From Camelus ferus (taxonomy: Eukaryota): 64,000 nt of DNA. Location: positions 115,322,001 through 115,386,000 of the forward strand of contig NC_045697.1 in assembly GCF_009834535.1 (NCBI RefSeq), read 5' to 3'. The notes below the pieces were generated by a model. It was not told the DNA's origin. It did no database searches and was given only the letters and a program-made list of their open reading frames with translations. A program made the position numbers and the translations under genes. Shown piece by piece: positions 25,420 to 39,669 of the stretch (its first letter is position 1; each line of letters starts with the position of its first letter).

Positions 25420-28115
25420 TTTATAATGCATAAGATATGGATAATTATTAGAAACATAAAATCTACTAACACTGAATCAAGAAGAACTAGAGAGCTTGAA
25501 CAGACCAATAGCAAATAAGAAAAATTTAGCTAGTAATCAAAGCCCTCCAAACAAAGAGACCCCAGGAGCAGATGGCTTCCCAGCTGAATTCTACCAAACA
25601 TTCAGACAGAAATTAAAACCAATCCTTCCTAAACTCTTTCAAAAAATAGAATCAGAAGGAATACCTCCAGGGTCATTGTATGAAGTCATTAAAACCCTGG
25701 TATCAAAGCCAGACAAAGAACCACAAGAAAAGAAATCCGCAAGCTAATATTTTTAATGAATATAACTGCAAAAATTGTCAGTAGAATACCAGCAAATCAA
25801 ATTCAACAACAAATCAAAAAGCTTATATACTACGGCCAAACGGAAGTTACCCTACGGATGCAAGGTAGGTTTTAACATTTGCAACTCGATCAGTGTTACA
25901 CATATTAACAGAATGAAAGACAAAAGCCACATGATCATTTCAATAGATGCAGGAAAAGCATTTGACAAAGTTCAGTTTCCATTCATGATAAAATTTCTCA
26001 ATAAAATAAATTTAGAAGAACCTACCTCAATAAAATAAAAGACACTTATGAAAAGTCCACAATTAATATCATAATTAATGATAAAAAAATGAAAGCTTTT
26101 CCTTGGATCCAGTATAAAGCTACTGACTCTTGGCACTTTTATTCAACATAGTTCTAGAAGTACTAGCAAGAACAATGAAACAACAATAAGAAATAAAGTC
26201 ATCCAAATAAGAAAGGAAGAAGTAAAATTATCTCTGCTTGCAAATGACATGATCCTACATGCAGAAACCCTAAAGACTCCTTTTGGAATTGTTAGATCTA
26301 ATAAACAAATTCAGTAAAGTTGTAGGATACAAAATCTACATACAAAAATTATTTACATTCTTTATATTATCAACCTAAATAAAGAGGCAAACTGAGGCAA
26401 GCTCAAATTCCTAAAAGTTGAGTTTATTAAGGAAAAACAGAGGAATTGACCATTGAGGATTTGGGACAGGCTATATTCATGAGCAAGACATGAAACAAGT
26501 CCAAGCAGTAAGTTCATTGGCTTGTTCACTGGGCAGGAGATGCGTCTTGGTCTTCTGTAAGTTAGGCATTTAAGGGAAATCAGTCTCTCAGCTGTTAAGT
26601 TCCATTCTGAGGGCACATATGTAAGATTCTCCATTTTGTACCCTCTGGTTCCATCTTAGATTGAAATCCTTTCACAACACCAACAACAATCTATTCAAAA
26701 AGAAAATCATGAAAACAATCCCATTTCAGAATAAAATACTTAGGAATAAATTTAAGCAAGGAAGTGAAAGATATGTACACTGAAATATATAAAATATTGA
26801 AGAAAGAAACTGGAGTAGACACAAATACTTGGAGAAATATTCTATGTTCATGGATTGGAAGAATTCATGTTGTTAAACTGTCCATATTACCCAGAGTGAT
26901 AGACAGATTCAATGCAATCCCTATCAAAATTTCAATGACATTTTTCACATAGAAAAGACAATTCTGAAATTCATATGGAACCACAAAGGACCATAAATAA
27001 GCAAAGTTGTCTTGAGAAAGAAGAGCAAAGCTAGAGGCATCATATGTCCAGATTTCAAATTATATTACAAAGTTACAATATCCAAAACAGTATGGTATTG
27101 ACATAAAAATAAACATATAAATCAGTGGAAGAGGATTGGGAGCACAGAAATAAACCCAAACATATGTCAGTTAATTTAGACCAGGAATACACAAGAGGGA
27201 AATAATAGTCTTTTTGATAAATGGTATTGGGAAAACTGGACAGCCACAAGCAAAAGAATGAAATTGGATCCTTATCATATTCTATACACATAAACAAAAT
27301 CAACTCAAAATGGATTAAAGACTTAAATGTATGATCTGAAACCTAAAAACTCCTAGAAGAAAACATAAGGAAAATAAAACCTCATCAGGATTGACTTTGG
27401 TATTCATTTTTTGACTCTGATTCCAAAAGCTCAGGCAACAGAAGCAAAAATAAATGAACTGGAGTGCATCAAAGTGAAAAGCTTCCATACAGAGAAGAAA
27501 CCCATCAAAAAATGAACAGGCAGTTTATAAATTGGGAGAAAATATTTGCAAACCATATATCTGATAAGGGGTTAATATCCAAAATATATAAGGATCTCCT
27601 ACAACCTAATAGAAAAAAGAATTTAATTAAGAAATGGGCAAAGGATCTGAATAGCCGTTTCTCAAAAGAAGACACACAAATGGCCAACAGTTTTATCAAA
27701 AGTTGCTCAACATCAGCAAATTACAGCCTCTGGGGGAGATCACCTCACACTTGTTAAGAGAGCTATTATCAAAAAGATAAAAACAACAAGTGTAGGTGAG
27801 AATGAGGAGAAAAAGGAACCCACATACAGTGTTGGTAGGAATCTAAATTGATCTTAGCCATTATGGAAATCAGTATGGAGTTTTCTAAAAATTTAAAATA
27901 GAACTACCATATGATCTAGCGATATCACTTCTGGATATAGAGCCAAAGGAAATTAAGTCAGTATCTCAAAGAGATATCTGTGCTTCCGTGTTCAGCACGG
28001 CATCATTCATCACAGCCAAGATAAGGAAACAACTGAAGTTGTGTATCAATGGATGAACGGATGAAGAAGATAAGTGGATGAAGAAGATGTAATAATAATA
28101 ATTTCTTATTCTCTA

Positions 28116-28151
<36 letters not shown>

Positions 28152-28575
28152 TATATATCTCATGGAACTTATTGAAAGAAGGTGATCCTGCCATCTGAGA
28201 TAACATGGACAAAACTGGAAGGACATTGTGCTGAAGGAAATAAGCCAAATACAGAAAAAAAAGTACTCCATGATCTCACTTATATGTGGAACCTAAAAAA
28301 TTCAAATTCACAGAAGCAGACAACACAATGGTGGTTGTCAGAGTTGGAGGCGGAGGGGCAATGCAGAGATGTTGGACAAAGGGTACCGAGCTGCAGTTGT
28401 CCGTGATGCACCAGTTCTAGATATCCAAAGTACAGCACGGTGACTACAGTTACTATAGATTGCATGCTGGAAATTTGCCAGGAGAGTAGATTTCAGGTGC
28501 TCACCACACACAAAAACAAGGTAGCTATGTGAAGAGATGGGTATGTTAGCTTTATGTAATATTCACTTCACTGTT
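25420..28575 (+). mobile_element. ~3 kb L1 (decayed ORF2 RT and C-terminus, 3'UTR)
   Basis: ORFs show [72 protein letters not shown]; many stops and frameshifts; (TA)n at ~28118-28157. Confidence 0.97.
26368..26676 (-). mobile_element. Short solo LTR (ERV1-like) inserted into L1 ORF2
   Basis: Non-L1 block interrupting ...cattctttata|acaccaacaac...; ends ttcaca; minus-strand AATAAA (gagtttatt at ~26420-26428). Confidence 0.7.
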
Positions 28576-28859
28576 TATATTTCTGTGTATCTAATTTCAA
28601 AATGCACATCTCTGGCCCTCATAGCTCGTCTGTTCTCAGGTCTGACCCTTATCAACCTGTGTTCATGGGCTCAGTCTTTGAGAGCTTTTGAGTGGTTACC
28701 TCATGCCATGCTCTTGGTTAAATACCAGGGTGCCATAATATATCCAAAGAGATAAACATTTCAACAAGTCACCTTAATGGAACATAGAGAAAGTGCTGTT
28801 ATACTTAGGTATACGTAGACTTATAAATGTGTATGTTCTATTTTAACTTAGAGTAGCCA

Positions 28860-30350
28860 TCACCATATCAAATCAAATTTGCAAAAAAACAAACTCTTAT
28901 CTTTTCTCCTCATTCTTTCTACTCACAAACTAGCCAACTGTTTCCTTGTTCCAAATTCTTTATTATGTTGAATATTGCCAACCCCCAAGCAAGAACCATA
29001 AAAATTCCTTTGACTATTCGACGTCATTTATCTTATATACGGGCTTACAAATGCCTCTACTGTTATTTCACTTCCAAGGTGTATGTAACATTTTGACAGC
29101 TGAAGTGCATTATTTTCTAACATTTACTTTTTCCACACAGAAAAATTACTGTCAGCAATAATCCTGAAACAAAACAAATAATAACAATGGTCAGAAAAAA
29201 AAAACTGTTAATTTTTTGTTTTACTGAACCTGATATATATGTAATTACATCATTTGAAAATATACAAATTAATTATAAGTAAATATTACAGAAATAAAAT
29301 AATTCAAATTGTTATATGTAATTCAAGATGTTTCTTCATTTTAAAAATCACCATACCCTCTGCTTACTATTTTTTATTGAAGAAATATTGAAAACTATAA
29401 GGCTCTGGAACACAAACTCTACCTGAAATGAGCCCTAAGGACTCCAAATTCTCATGAACTGACTCTTGAAATGAACTTGAAACGACATAGCAGAGGCCAC
29501 ATGTAATGGGAGTTCATTCTATAACAGGAGTTCTTTGAATTAACAGTCCCGCAAATGCAGTGTTTACTAAAGGAAAAGTAATTAAAATATGCTAAATTAA
29601 ATCTGCATGTGTATGATTAAAACTCATCAATAATGACTGCAACTCTTTGGTACTTAGACCAAAAATTAGATTTTTTTTTCAAGAAAAAGTATTTTATCTT
29701 TGACATTAGAAGTAGATGAGCTTTTATACAGTTTTATTGCTTTTTTCAAATTCTGTAAAACAATACATCTCTCTTCTGCCTCCGACCAGCCCTGAATATT
29801 CCTTGGCCCTCAGTTTCCCTCTCTTTTATTTACATTTTATCTGTTCAGAAACCAGGTGCTCATACTCTTACATTAAAATTATTAAAAAATTTTTCCAGTA
29901 TTTTCTGGTGATTTTTGTTTCTCAAAGGCAGCCTGAATATTGTGCCAAGATTAATCTTCCTAAAATAACGTCTCCATCATGTCCCTGTGCAGCGTTAAAG
30001 GTAAACGTCAGACGCCTCGACTTCCCATTTTCTTCTACATTAAGCCTAAACTATTTCACTTCTGTATTAAAAATGGACAGAATCTGTTCCCTTTTTTGCC
30101 ACTAGTGTTTTCTATATAAATCCTTATTTTCTCTGCCCTGATTCCTCATTGTTCCCACGTATGCTTATTTCTGCCTACATGCATACCCTAACTTCTCTTA
30201 AGACTCAAGACTCAATCCTGATAAATCCTTTCCTTTAAAGTGAGCTTAACTCTTTTGTCTGTTAAATTTTCTCTCACCCTATCAATCCATAATAATCTGT
30301 CTTTATCTTGAACCACTATGATCAACTTACATTTTATTTCTATTGTAAAT
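28860..30350 (+). mobile_element. Highly decayed L2 fragments (~28860-29040 and ~29765-30350)
   Basis: Pyrimidine-rich L2-like motifs (gccaagattaatcttcctaaaataacgtctccatcatgtccct; aagactcaa...atcctttcc); the intervening block is unassigned. Confidence 0.45.
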
Positions 30351-30522
30351 TGTATCTACTGAAAAAGTATGCGTATTATTAGCAGAAAAGGCATGGGGTT
30401 TTGCAAAAATAATTATTAAAATTAAATCATTTCTGAGTAAAGTTCAAAGGTTTATGGAGGACTCATACATTAGATACAGCTGTATCTGAAAATGCAAGAT
30501 GTCCTGCACATCAAGAATACAG

Positions 30523-30545
30523 TGTGTATATATGTGTGTGTGCGC

Positions 30546-30576
<31 letters not shown>

Positions 30577-30582
30577 CACACA
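30523..30582. repeat. Compound (TG)n/(TA)n microsatellite
   Basis: tgtgtatatatgtgtgtgcgcgtgtgtgtgtgtgtgtgtatatatatatatacacaca. Confidence 0.95.
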
Positions 30583-30583
30583 T

Positions 30584-30958
30584 CAGAAAGAGAAAGAAAA
30601 ATACCATATGATATCACTCATATGTGGAATCCAAAAAAAAAAAAAAGACACAAATGAACTTATTTACAAAACAGAAACAGACTCACAGACATAGAAAACA
30701 AACATGGTTATCACCGGGGATCAGGTGCACGAAGGGATAAATTGGGGGTTTGGGATTTGCAGATACTAACTACCTATATAAAATAGATAAACAAGTTTCT
30801 TCTGTACAGCACAGGGAATTATATTCAATATCTTGTAATAACATATAATGAAAAAGAATCTGAAAAGGAATATATGTATGTGTAGTATGACTGGGACACT
30901 GCACTGTTCACCAGAAATTGACCCAACATTGTAAACTGATTATACTTCAATAATAAAA
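30584..30958 (+). mobile_element. Young 5'-truncated L1 3' end
   Basis: Close match to copies at 9829 and 19783 (cagaaagagaaagaaaaataccatatgatatcac...tgcagatactaactac...tatacttcaat). Confidence 0.95.
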
Positions 30959-32589
30959 AAGAATATAGCACTTAGAGATTTTTATATCCATTCTGAAGCC
31001 CAACTTGAATTAACATCTGTGAAATGAGATATTACTTTTGAGGAATTTCTCACAGCATTTTAATACAGTAAATGAAACGTGTCTAGTATAAATGCTTTAT
31101 GTATAGATGTAGTCCTTGTTCTCAAAGACTTAAGTGATAATTTACAATGAATTTAATTTTTTACAAGGGTATTTTCTATTAAAGGAATATCTTTCTAACA
31201 ATGAGATTGATAGTTCAGTTTTAAAATCATTCTCTCTCAGGTAGATTTTCTAAGTAGATTATAGTTTTATAGATTTTAAAATGTGTTATAGTTGAAATAG
31301 ATAATTTTTTCATTAAAGAAATAATGAATTTTTTTCTCAGCAGGGGGAAAAGCATCTCTTTGCATCTGTATAAAGTTTGTTGATGAATTCTCTATGGCTT
31401 TCAAAGACATTATTTACAAGCTTATAGGATGGCAGCAATGTAGCCTTAAATTTTTGCTTGATTTCTGTTGCTTTGATGGCTCCTTTTGGTGATAATTTCT
31501 TCATAACTTCAACCTGTGTTCCAACTCTCCTGGCTGCAATTACTTGTGAAATTTAGAGTTACCAGATTGTAAAGTTATGCTATCCACTACCAGCTACCCA
31601 AGGGTAATTTCCCCATTAATTTCTGGATGTAGACTAAGTTTTTTTTTTCATAGAAATCTTAAAAACAGGAAAAAAGGGAATCATATAACTAAGAAAAAGT
31701 CTCTTATAGCTAGAGTCTTATAACTGAGATTTCTGCTGAAATAATAACAATGAATAACTAGGTTGCTGATTGGCAAAATCTTCAAGTATGAAGTTCTTTT
31801 TAAATGTTAACTAAAATTTTATCATTATTTCTCTTTAGTCAAAATCGCTTTTGAAATTCTGTTACTGACACATGTAACAACCCCTGAGACGTGTCCAGAA
31901 TTATAGTCACCCTCTCCTGAGCACTTATGACCTGAATTTTAAATTTGGTGTGACTTGACTACAAACAATTCTATTGATTTTTCAAAAATATCGTTCATAG
32001 GAAATATGAATGTCCCCATACATGTTTATTTCAATATGAGAAGAATATAGTCATTCAAGCTAATTCATCTTCTGAGATAAATATCACTCATTGGAAAAGT
32101 ATGTGACAATCCTTGAGTTATTAATTTTACATTTATAATTAAAGACTTAGTATTTCTTTTTTTTTTCCCCTTTGCTTACCTTTACTTCAATGATGGATAT
32201 TTCAAAACAAGTTGAGAATGGAAACTTTTCTTCCTTTTAATATTACTCTTTCATTGTGGATTATACTCAGTAACACATGAAGATTGGACAAATAAAAGGA
32301 GAAAGAATAATTTATTTTCATTTAGTAATGCCCTTCTGTGGTCTAAGACCTTGCAATAGTTTATCCATAATTTCTTAAAAGGTAGCTTGTTTCTCCCAAA
32401 CAATGGAACGTCAACAGGCTTACATTATTATGTTTACTTATAGGTTTGTGAACACCATTTAACAATTACTGTATGTTGAAAGAAGACAGGTCTTATCCTG
32501 AGTCATATGCCTAAGTCATAAAATAACTAAAAATCAAGGATGCCCTCCTGTGTGGCAGGGAAGACAGGAACCAATACAGATGCCAAGGT

Positions 32590-32980
32590 CTAAATATGCA
32601 ACCTCTCTCGGGCCATGGAAAGGAGTTGGTTTTCATTCCAAGTTTCAAGGAGAACCATGGCAGGGCTTCAGGTTAGTGAAAAACATGATCTGATTTAATG
32701 TTTTTAAAATAGTAGTATGGGTGCTGTGTGGAGATTGGATTGCTATGGAACAAGAGTACAGACAATGACACCCAGCGGGAAAGGATCACAGTCAGGCATG
32801 CGGACATGACGCTGGCAGAGAACAGAACAGTGACTCTGGAAATGGAGAGACCTGTGGAATAAATGTGATGGAAGGTTTGCATTTGGAGCCACCAAGGATG
32901 TCTGATAAATTGGGTGTGTGGGGAAACATGATAGATCAAAGCTGATAGCTAGATTTTTGGACTGAGCAACTGATGGTGTG
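32590..32980 (-). mobile_element. L2 fragment
   Basis: gggccatggaaaggagttggttttcattccaag...catgatctgatttaatgtttttaaaa...gatttttggactgagcaactgatgg. Confidence 0.75.
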
Positions 32981-33207
32981 AGCAGTTTGTTTTTCGGGTG
33001 TTTGAACTCCTTGTTTTTTGTCTCAAGTGGAAGATCTCTGGGTATATCTCAGGCACTCTTTCTAGACCCAAATACTTCCATGGAGAACCACCGTTACTGA
33101 TTTTCTACCTGGTTAGAATAGCTTCATGTTTTCACATTATTAACACTGTCTTGTCTTTAGAGGCGGGACTCTCTCAGAGATGGCCTGGGGCCACCGCACC
33201 ATATTTC

Positions 33208-34010
33208 TTTTAAAAATTTTTTCTACTTAAACAAAAATTTATTGAGGTATAGCTGATTTACAATGTTGTGTTAGTTTCTAGTGCACAGCATAGTGATTCA
33301 GTTATACATATATATATATATATATCCTTCTTCATATTTTTTCATTATATGTTACTAGAAGATATTGTTTTCTGTGCTATACAGTAGGACCTTGCTGTTT
33401 ATCTATTTTATATATAGTAGTGTGCATTTTCTAATCCCAAATTCCTAATTTATCCCCCCTGCTTCCTCCTTTGGTAATAGTAAGTTTGTTTTCTATGTCT
33501 AAGAGTCTGTTTCTGTTTTGTACATAAGTTCATTTATATCATTTTTTTTAGATTCCACATATAAGTGATATTGTATATTTTTCTTTCTCTGCCTGACTTA
33601 CTTCATTTAGTATGATAGTGTCTCGGTCCATCCATGTTGATGCAAGTGATGTTATTCCATTATTTTTCATGGCTGAGTAGTATTCCATTGTATAAATATA
33701 CATTTTCTTTATCCAGTCATCTGTCAATGGACATTTAAGTTGTTTCCATGTCTTGGCTATTGTAAATAGTACTGCTATGAACACTGGGGTGCATGTATAT
33801 TTTTGAACTAGAGTTTTCTCCAGATATATGCCCAGGAGTGGGATTGCTGGATCATATGGTAAGTCTATTTTTAATTTTTTAAGGAACCTCCATACTATTT
33901 TCCATAATGGCAGTACCAAACTACATTCCCACCAACAGTGTAGGAGGGTTCCCTTTTCTCTACACTGTCTCCAACATTTATTATTTGTAGACTTTTTAAT
34001 GATGGCCCTA
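33208..34010 (-). mobile_element. Young 5'-truncated L1
   Basis: ORF 33548-34015 is ORF2 C-terminus ([21 protein letters not shown]...[13 protein letters not shown]); 10-bp TSD accatatttc at 33198-33207 and 34011-34020. Confidence 0.96.
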
Positions 34011-35329
34011 ACCATATTTCACTCACTGTACTCTTGTCTGAATCATAGCTGCTCTTGCTCCCAGTTTCTGAGATATTGTGGCCCTCTCTGCCCTTCCAGG
34101 ACTATTTTGGGAAAAATCATTCAGAAATCTTCTCTTTTGCTTTAGTAGAATTACAAAGTCTTTATTTTAAGACTCGTGTAATTATTTATGTTTTATATTT
34201 TTCTGCTATTTCAAATAGCTTTAGACATGAAGGAGAAATAAACATGCACACTGATATGAAGATCTGGAATTCAAAGCCTACAATACACTTACCATCCAGC
34301 TTTCAATTAGTCCATTCTAGAAATCTCGGTTCAGGTAGCGTATCAGAATTCTTTTTGGCGTTGGTTGTTTTTGCTATTTATGTGTTAGTTTAATTAAATA
34401 GCTTCTTCTATTTTATCTGCAAAACATTCTGTATCATCTTTAAATAGTCATTTTCAAAACCTTTTATGCTCCCAAATCCAGTAAAGTTCTACAAACATAG
34501 TACATACTCAGGCCCTGCTCAGTTGTGCTGCATCAGAATTGTAGGGATGTAAATCTGATAACGGTATTTGTATGGATTCCACGAGTAACTAAGATGAACA
34601 CCCTGATCTGAGAGGCATTACCTTGGGGTAATCTGCCCTCCTACTTCTCCATCAGTTCAGAATGACGCTGTGTAATCAGTGATGTCACCCATGAGACTAT
34701 GCTGTAAATATCAGTGTGAGGCAGGAAATAAGTTGGATAATGTGTCTGCTGATTTAGATAATTTGGATGCAGCCTTTTCTAACACCATAAATTAGAAGAT
34801 AATCATCCGTGTCTGTGCAGGTGACACTGTTTCATTATGAGGAAGCCTGGGGCGCTTAAACCTTTGACTAATTGTTGTGAGAATAATAGCTTAGCAGAAG
34901 CGGAGCTAAAACAAAGCTCTGATGTTTGACAAATATTTTCTAAGTCTTCACTGACTGATATTACACGATCTCACCCAAGAGGTCAAATTACTGTGATTTA
35001 AACGTCAGTTATTCCACAGGGACCAAAATAAGGTTTTACCAAGGTCTAATTGTCCAACTGGTAACTTTTCACCTAATATAGTTCATCACCTAGAAAGAAT
35101 TCCGGGATCACATTCAGATTGTCAGAATTGTAGCGTGGATTTATCTGCTACATATTTATTATCAAAATATACTTTGTATATAAAAACACTATTTACTTTA
35201 TACTTCATGACAGCATTGGCGATTTTTTTTTAAATTCTCTGAGTACAAAATCTCAATTTTGCTACCTAAATAAATTAGATGAACAGAAGAAAGTACAATA
35301 GAAGCGAACGACTGAGTACATTACAGCTC

Positions 35330-35545
35330 AAACTACTGTGTGCTAGCTGGGACCATACTCCAGGTCCTTGGTCACTATGAGACACTGGTCAATTAGCGTA
35401 TGTTTTTCTGATCCGACTTGTCATCTCCAAAGGGGAATAGTAACACGTTTGTAAAATTGTTGTGAGGATAATATGAAATTAATCTTCTAAGTGGCAAGCA
35501 CGGCCGCTGTCATATAATCAGGTTCAGTACATGGTAGCCATTATA
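35330..35545 (+). mobile_element. MIR SINE
   Basis: tcatctccaaaggggaatagtaacac...ttgttgtgaggataatatgaaattaat...tcagtacatggtagccattat. Confidence 0.75.
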
Positions 35546-36055
35546 CACAGTTGCTTATGCTTAAAGCAAAATTCCAACATTTACAGAGCAATGCTTCATT
35601 TTCCATTCTGTGTACCTATTTATTTCCCTAATACTTTCTCTTTTCGTCTCCACTACCACCTTCTAGAACCCGCACAGGCATACTGCTGCAAAACCTAGCA
35701 CCTGCGAGCAGTTCCCCTTTCCTCCTTTTTTCATTCCTACTCTAATGTTCCATTGGTGCTGTTTATTAATGTTGACATTCTAGCCTGTTGAGGTGTCCTT
35801 TTTTCATGAATTTGGTTTATAGAGTTTCACTAGATTTGTGCAGCAGTCTTTACCTCCAGGAAAAAGCAGAAGCTTTATTTTGTAGGAGTTGTAGTTCTGA
35901 CATTTAGTGACATTTTCCCTTAATGTTGACCATTGTTGTGTTTTTCTTTTTTTCTTTAAATAGTGAACCAGACGGGTGAGGTGTCTTGTTTGTTTAATCC
36001 AGCCTGTTTTATATCTCATAAAGTCCTACAAAGTTTTCACCTTGCAATACATTCC

Positions 36056-36160
36056 TTTTTTTTTTAATTCTTTTTTTTTTTTTCCCTTAACAGAGGCACT
36101 GGGGATTGAACCTCATTCATGCCAAGCACACACTGTACCACTGAGCCATACCCCTCACCC
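36056..36160 (-). mobile_element. tRNA-derived SINE (Vic-1-like), short copy
   Basis: Minus strand ggggtatggctcagtggtacagtgtgtgcttggcatg...ggttcaatccccagtgcctc followed by poly-A; degenerate TSD caatacattc/caatacagtc. Confidence 0.85.
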
Positions 36161-37949
36161 TTCACAATACAGTCTTGTTTGGTTATCATTGGCATTATTT
36201 TTTGCTTTACCTTAAATTATTTTGTTGTTTACTGGGATATGGAAAGTTGACCATTTTTCCTGGGCATCAGGCAGTTCTTATAAAAATAAACAAACAGAAA
36301 TGTTTATTTTTATCAGAACTGTCTTCCTTCCATCATCATGTCTGAATTGTTTGTTTTTTGAAGCACTCTAAAATGAAATATCTTAATTCAACTAAAACCT
36401 AATTTTACCATTATTTTGCAACCTGTTCTATGTTTATTTATATGGGTAAGGATTGCACAAAAAAATCTTCATAGAATCTTCTTGTCTCTCAGTAAATTTT
36501 CTATCTTCATTATTTGCAATAAACACTACTCTCCAAAATTACTGAAGGAAAACATGGCAGCATTTTTCTAGCATAAGAAATATATTTGTTTCATTGTTGA
36601 AATGAACATGATTAAGGCAACACTTTCTGGCTAGTGGTGGGAATTACTGACCATAATTGGATAGCACTTAACTGGAATTGATTCTCTGCCTCAGGACTAT
36701 TTCCACTACACACAACAAAGCAAGAGTAACATTCTGTATACAGCACTCCCTTCACAAAAAATCCTAGTGTGTAACATGCTTGCAAAATTGGAGGTTTAAA
36801 GCACTTAGTTATTTCTTTAGTCCATTGTGCCCTAATGGTGACTCAAACTTTAAATTTGGGGTGTTTCCAGCTATTTATCCCACAACCATCATTCTTAATT
36901 TACAACTGGACTTGTATATTGCTAGTCTAGACTCTGTGTCAATTTGCATAAATAATCACATCCCCTCCCATGCACACAGACCACCTCACTGGACTATTTT
37001 ACTGGTACTTTTTCAACACCAACTTTTTTTTTTAAGATAGTTGGCGCAAATTTGATAAATATTAGAGACAGAATTTTCTACTGTGGTATAGACATAAATT
37101 ATTCCCTCACATAACATATATGGTTAAAAGATGCATAATAAAAGAAGATTCTAAACATTTTTAAGTATGGCTGATTCTCCACTGAGTATATTCGAACACA
37201 AGATCAGAGCTGTAAAGAAGGGATGGCTTAATTAAAGTACTATATTTGCAGCTCCTATTTAAAAACCCTCTCAAAGAAAAGGTTAGAGCATATTATAAAA
37301 GATGAACAGTAATCACACCAATATTAACTAGCTCTAAGCCTTCTTAAAAAGCCAGGAGTCACTCTCCCAATTTCTCCAGAGGAAGCTTCTGGGCATTGCT
37401 GTAGCATTCATTCACGCATAGATATCCTTAACAAGATTATCTTTGCCCTTCTCCTATGGTTTATAACTATTTCAATTTGTCAGGTCCTTTAAAAAAATCA
37501 CTTTTGCCATAAGTCATAATTTGTATATGTAAGGAAATGAATGTTAAAGGCCATTTGGAGGCCCAGGCTAAGGCCCACCTGCCACCCACACCACTTAACA
37601 CATTATTGGTATCCTCTCAACAAAGTTTTCAACCCCCCGACCATTCCATTCCACCTGTCCTGTAGAATTCCAACATCGGTTGAAACCAGGCATCTTTCTT
37701 GTGTTTATCCAAGGAGACTGAGACACACCAGAAGCAAGCATGTTCCCCAGAGGAACCACCCCGCTGTGAGCTCCTGGTCACGTCACCAGCCACAACTGGC
37801 TCCTCGGTTCTGAGCAGCAACCTTCTCTTTCCTTTGTCGATTCTCCTCCTCATTCTCCTCAATCATTACTTTTAACCTTCTTGACTTTCTTTCAAGGTCC
37901 TTAAGCAGATGACCTCAGATTCAGGTTAAAGGGAATCTAGTCAAAAGAC

Positions 37950-38600
37950 TCTCACCTTGCCCCCAACAAATTCATGTGTGTGTCAACCTAGACCTCCTTC
38001 CCTATGGTTCTAATGCATGAATGACTCTGGTTTGATCTGTAGCCAATTCCTTTGACTCTGCCTTTATCACAACCCCTTCCTCCTCTCAGCTGTCTGGTTA
38101 TATATTTTCTCTCACAGCCTCTGGATACACGCTTGTTTTTCTATACTGGACTCTACCTTTCAAGGTATGTTACCTGTTAAATTCTTTCCCTTCTTATGAA
38201 CAGTGACACTCTCTTGACTCTGTTCTGCTCCAGTTCACACCCATCTCTCATTTATTTTACGTCTTGTTTTTATGAACTTTTGTGTGCTCTTTCTGTTTCT
38301 ATTGCTTGTTTTCTACTCTCTCTTCCATTCCATTTAATTTGGCTTCTGACTCCATCATTCCAGTGAGACTGGTCTTGCTGAGGTCACCCAGACACACCTC
38401 TGGATCGTTTCTTCTTAGAATTCTCATAAACATATCAAGTAATCTGTCCCAAATTGAGCTTGCAGTTTTTCTCCCTGAATCAGTTCATCCAAGGAGTTCC
38501 TTAATTGTGTCATCACTTACCCTGTTTCTCAAGCCAGCAAAACCGGATGGCATGTGTGCCTCTCTTTTCTAGTCCTTATACCCAATTACTAAAATTTATA
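37950..38600 (+). mobile_element. L2 fragment including an RT remnant
   Basis: tttggcttctgactccatcattccagtgagactggtcttgctgaggtcacc resembles the CR1/L2 motif QSGFRPHHSTETALVKVT; pyrimidine-rich flanks. Confidence 0.7.
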
Positions 38601-39503
38601 ACGGGTCTTCCTAGTGTGAGGCTCACAGGAAGCACTTGGTAAATGTTAAGTATTAAGTATTAAGAACAGTAAAAGCAAAAATGACCACATGTGGCATCCC
38701 TTAAATATTTGTGTAAATTTGTGTTTTACATACGTTTTCTCCTAAAGGCGTCAAGTTCACTGGGAAACATATGAGTCCTCAATTTTTATACCCACTTCTG
38801 CCTTCCCAGTTGCAATCACAATACCTGGAGAAGGCTTCTCTGGGCCCCTGTTAATGTGCAGACAGAATATTAAGCTGTACTTCTGCTTAGCAGATAGCAA
38901 ACAAATGGCAGGTGAATAAAAGAGATAAATATAAAATCATAAAAGATGAAAGAAAAAGTGAATAGTTAATAAACCTCCAATTAGGAGTGCACTGCCTTAA
39001 TATAAAATAAAGTGAAGTAGTTAAAAACACAGAGCACTAGATTTTACTACTTATAAGTTTCAAATGACTGTGAAGCAAAATAATGCTAAAGCGAGTTAGA
39101 GATCAAATCACAGTTTGTAAAAATATTCCAAAAAGTAAATTTTCCCAAACAGTCCTTAAAAGAAAAGAGTTTAGCCTGCATGTTACAGTCTGGTGTGTAC
39201 TCCAGATGGGCCTATCCCTGAACCCACCAATGCAATCAGGCATTTCTTCATGGGTTTAGCAGATACTTGGACTCTCCAAACCCATCTCAGTGGTAGAAAT
39301 ACGTTGGGGGTTTTGGCAAAATCAGTGAAGTGTGCATTCGTGTACATTGGGGTGACATTAATGGGGAAGACGGCAAGTCACAGATTTCCAAAATGAGCTC
39401 ATGGTGACATCTGGGGCGAGGGGATAAGAAAGTGGTGCCTTCAGAAAGGGACTCAAACTGGAGAAGAGAGATTGCTCTGGTTCCATCAGAATGAGTGATG
39501 TGA

Positions 39504-39669
39504 GGGGGAGAGTATAGCTCCAATGGTAGAGTGTATGCCTAGCATATACGAGGTCCTGGGTTCAAGCCCCAGTACCTCCACGAAAAAATAATAAATAAAT
39601 AAAATAAATAAGCAAACTTAATTACCTCCCCCTGCAAAAAAATATATATATAAATACATAAATAACCCC
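39504..39669 (+). mobile_element. tRNA-derived SINE, camelid Vic-1-like, full length
   Basis: Pol III box A (tagctccaatgg 39515-26) and box B (ggttcaagccc 39559-69), A-rich tail with an internal taattacctccccc; 14-bp TSD aatgagtgat(g/a)tga at 39490-503 and 39670-83. Confidence 0.93.

Noticed and set aside
25496..27757. Reverse-transcriptase-like ORFs as an active or domesticated gene
   Set aside because: Fragmented L1 ORF2 with many stops, frameshifts and an LTR insertion.
29040..29765. Possible hAT-type DNA transposon between L2 pieces (also MER5-like traces at ~11975-12190 and ~34490-34625)
   Set aside because: No terminal inverted repeats or 8-bp TSDs could be read by eye; needs RepeatMasker.
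31225..31250. Recursive splice site-like motif (ctctctcag|gtagat)
   Set aside because: The donor half is a poor match, and there is no evidence that a host gene spans the window.
39504..39580. Possible tRNA gene
   Set aside because: It has an A-rich tail and a 14-bp TSD and a degenerate cloverleaf, so it is a SINE.
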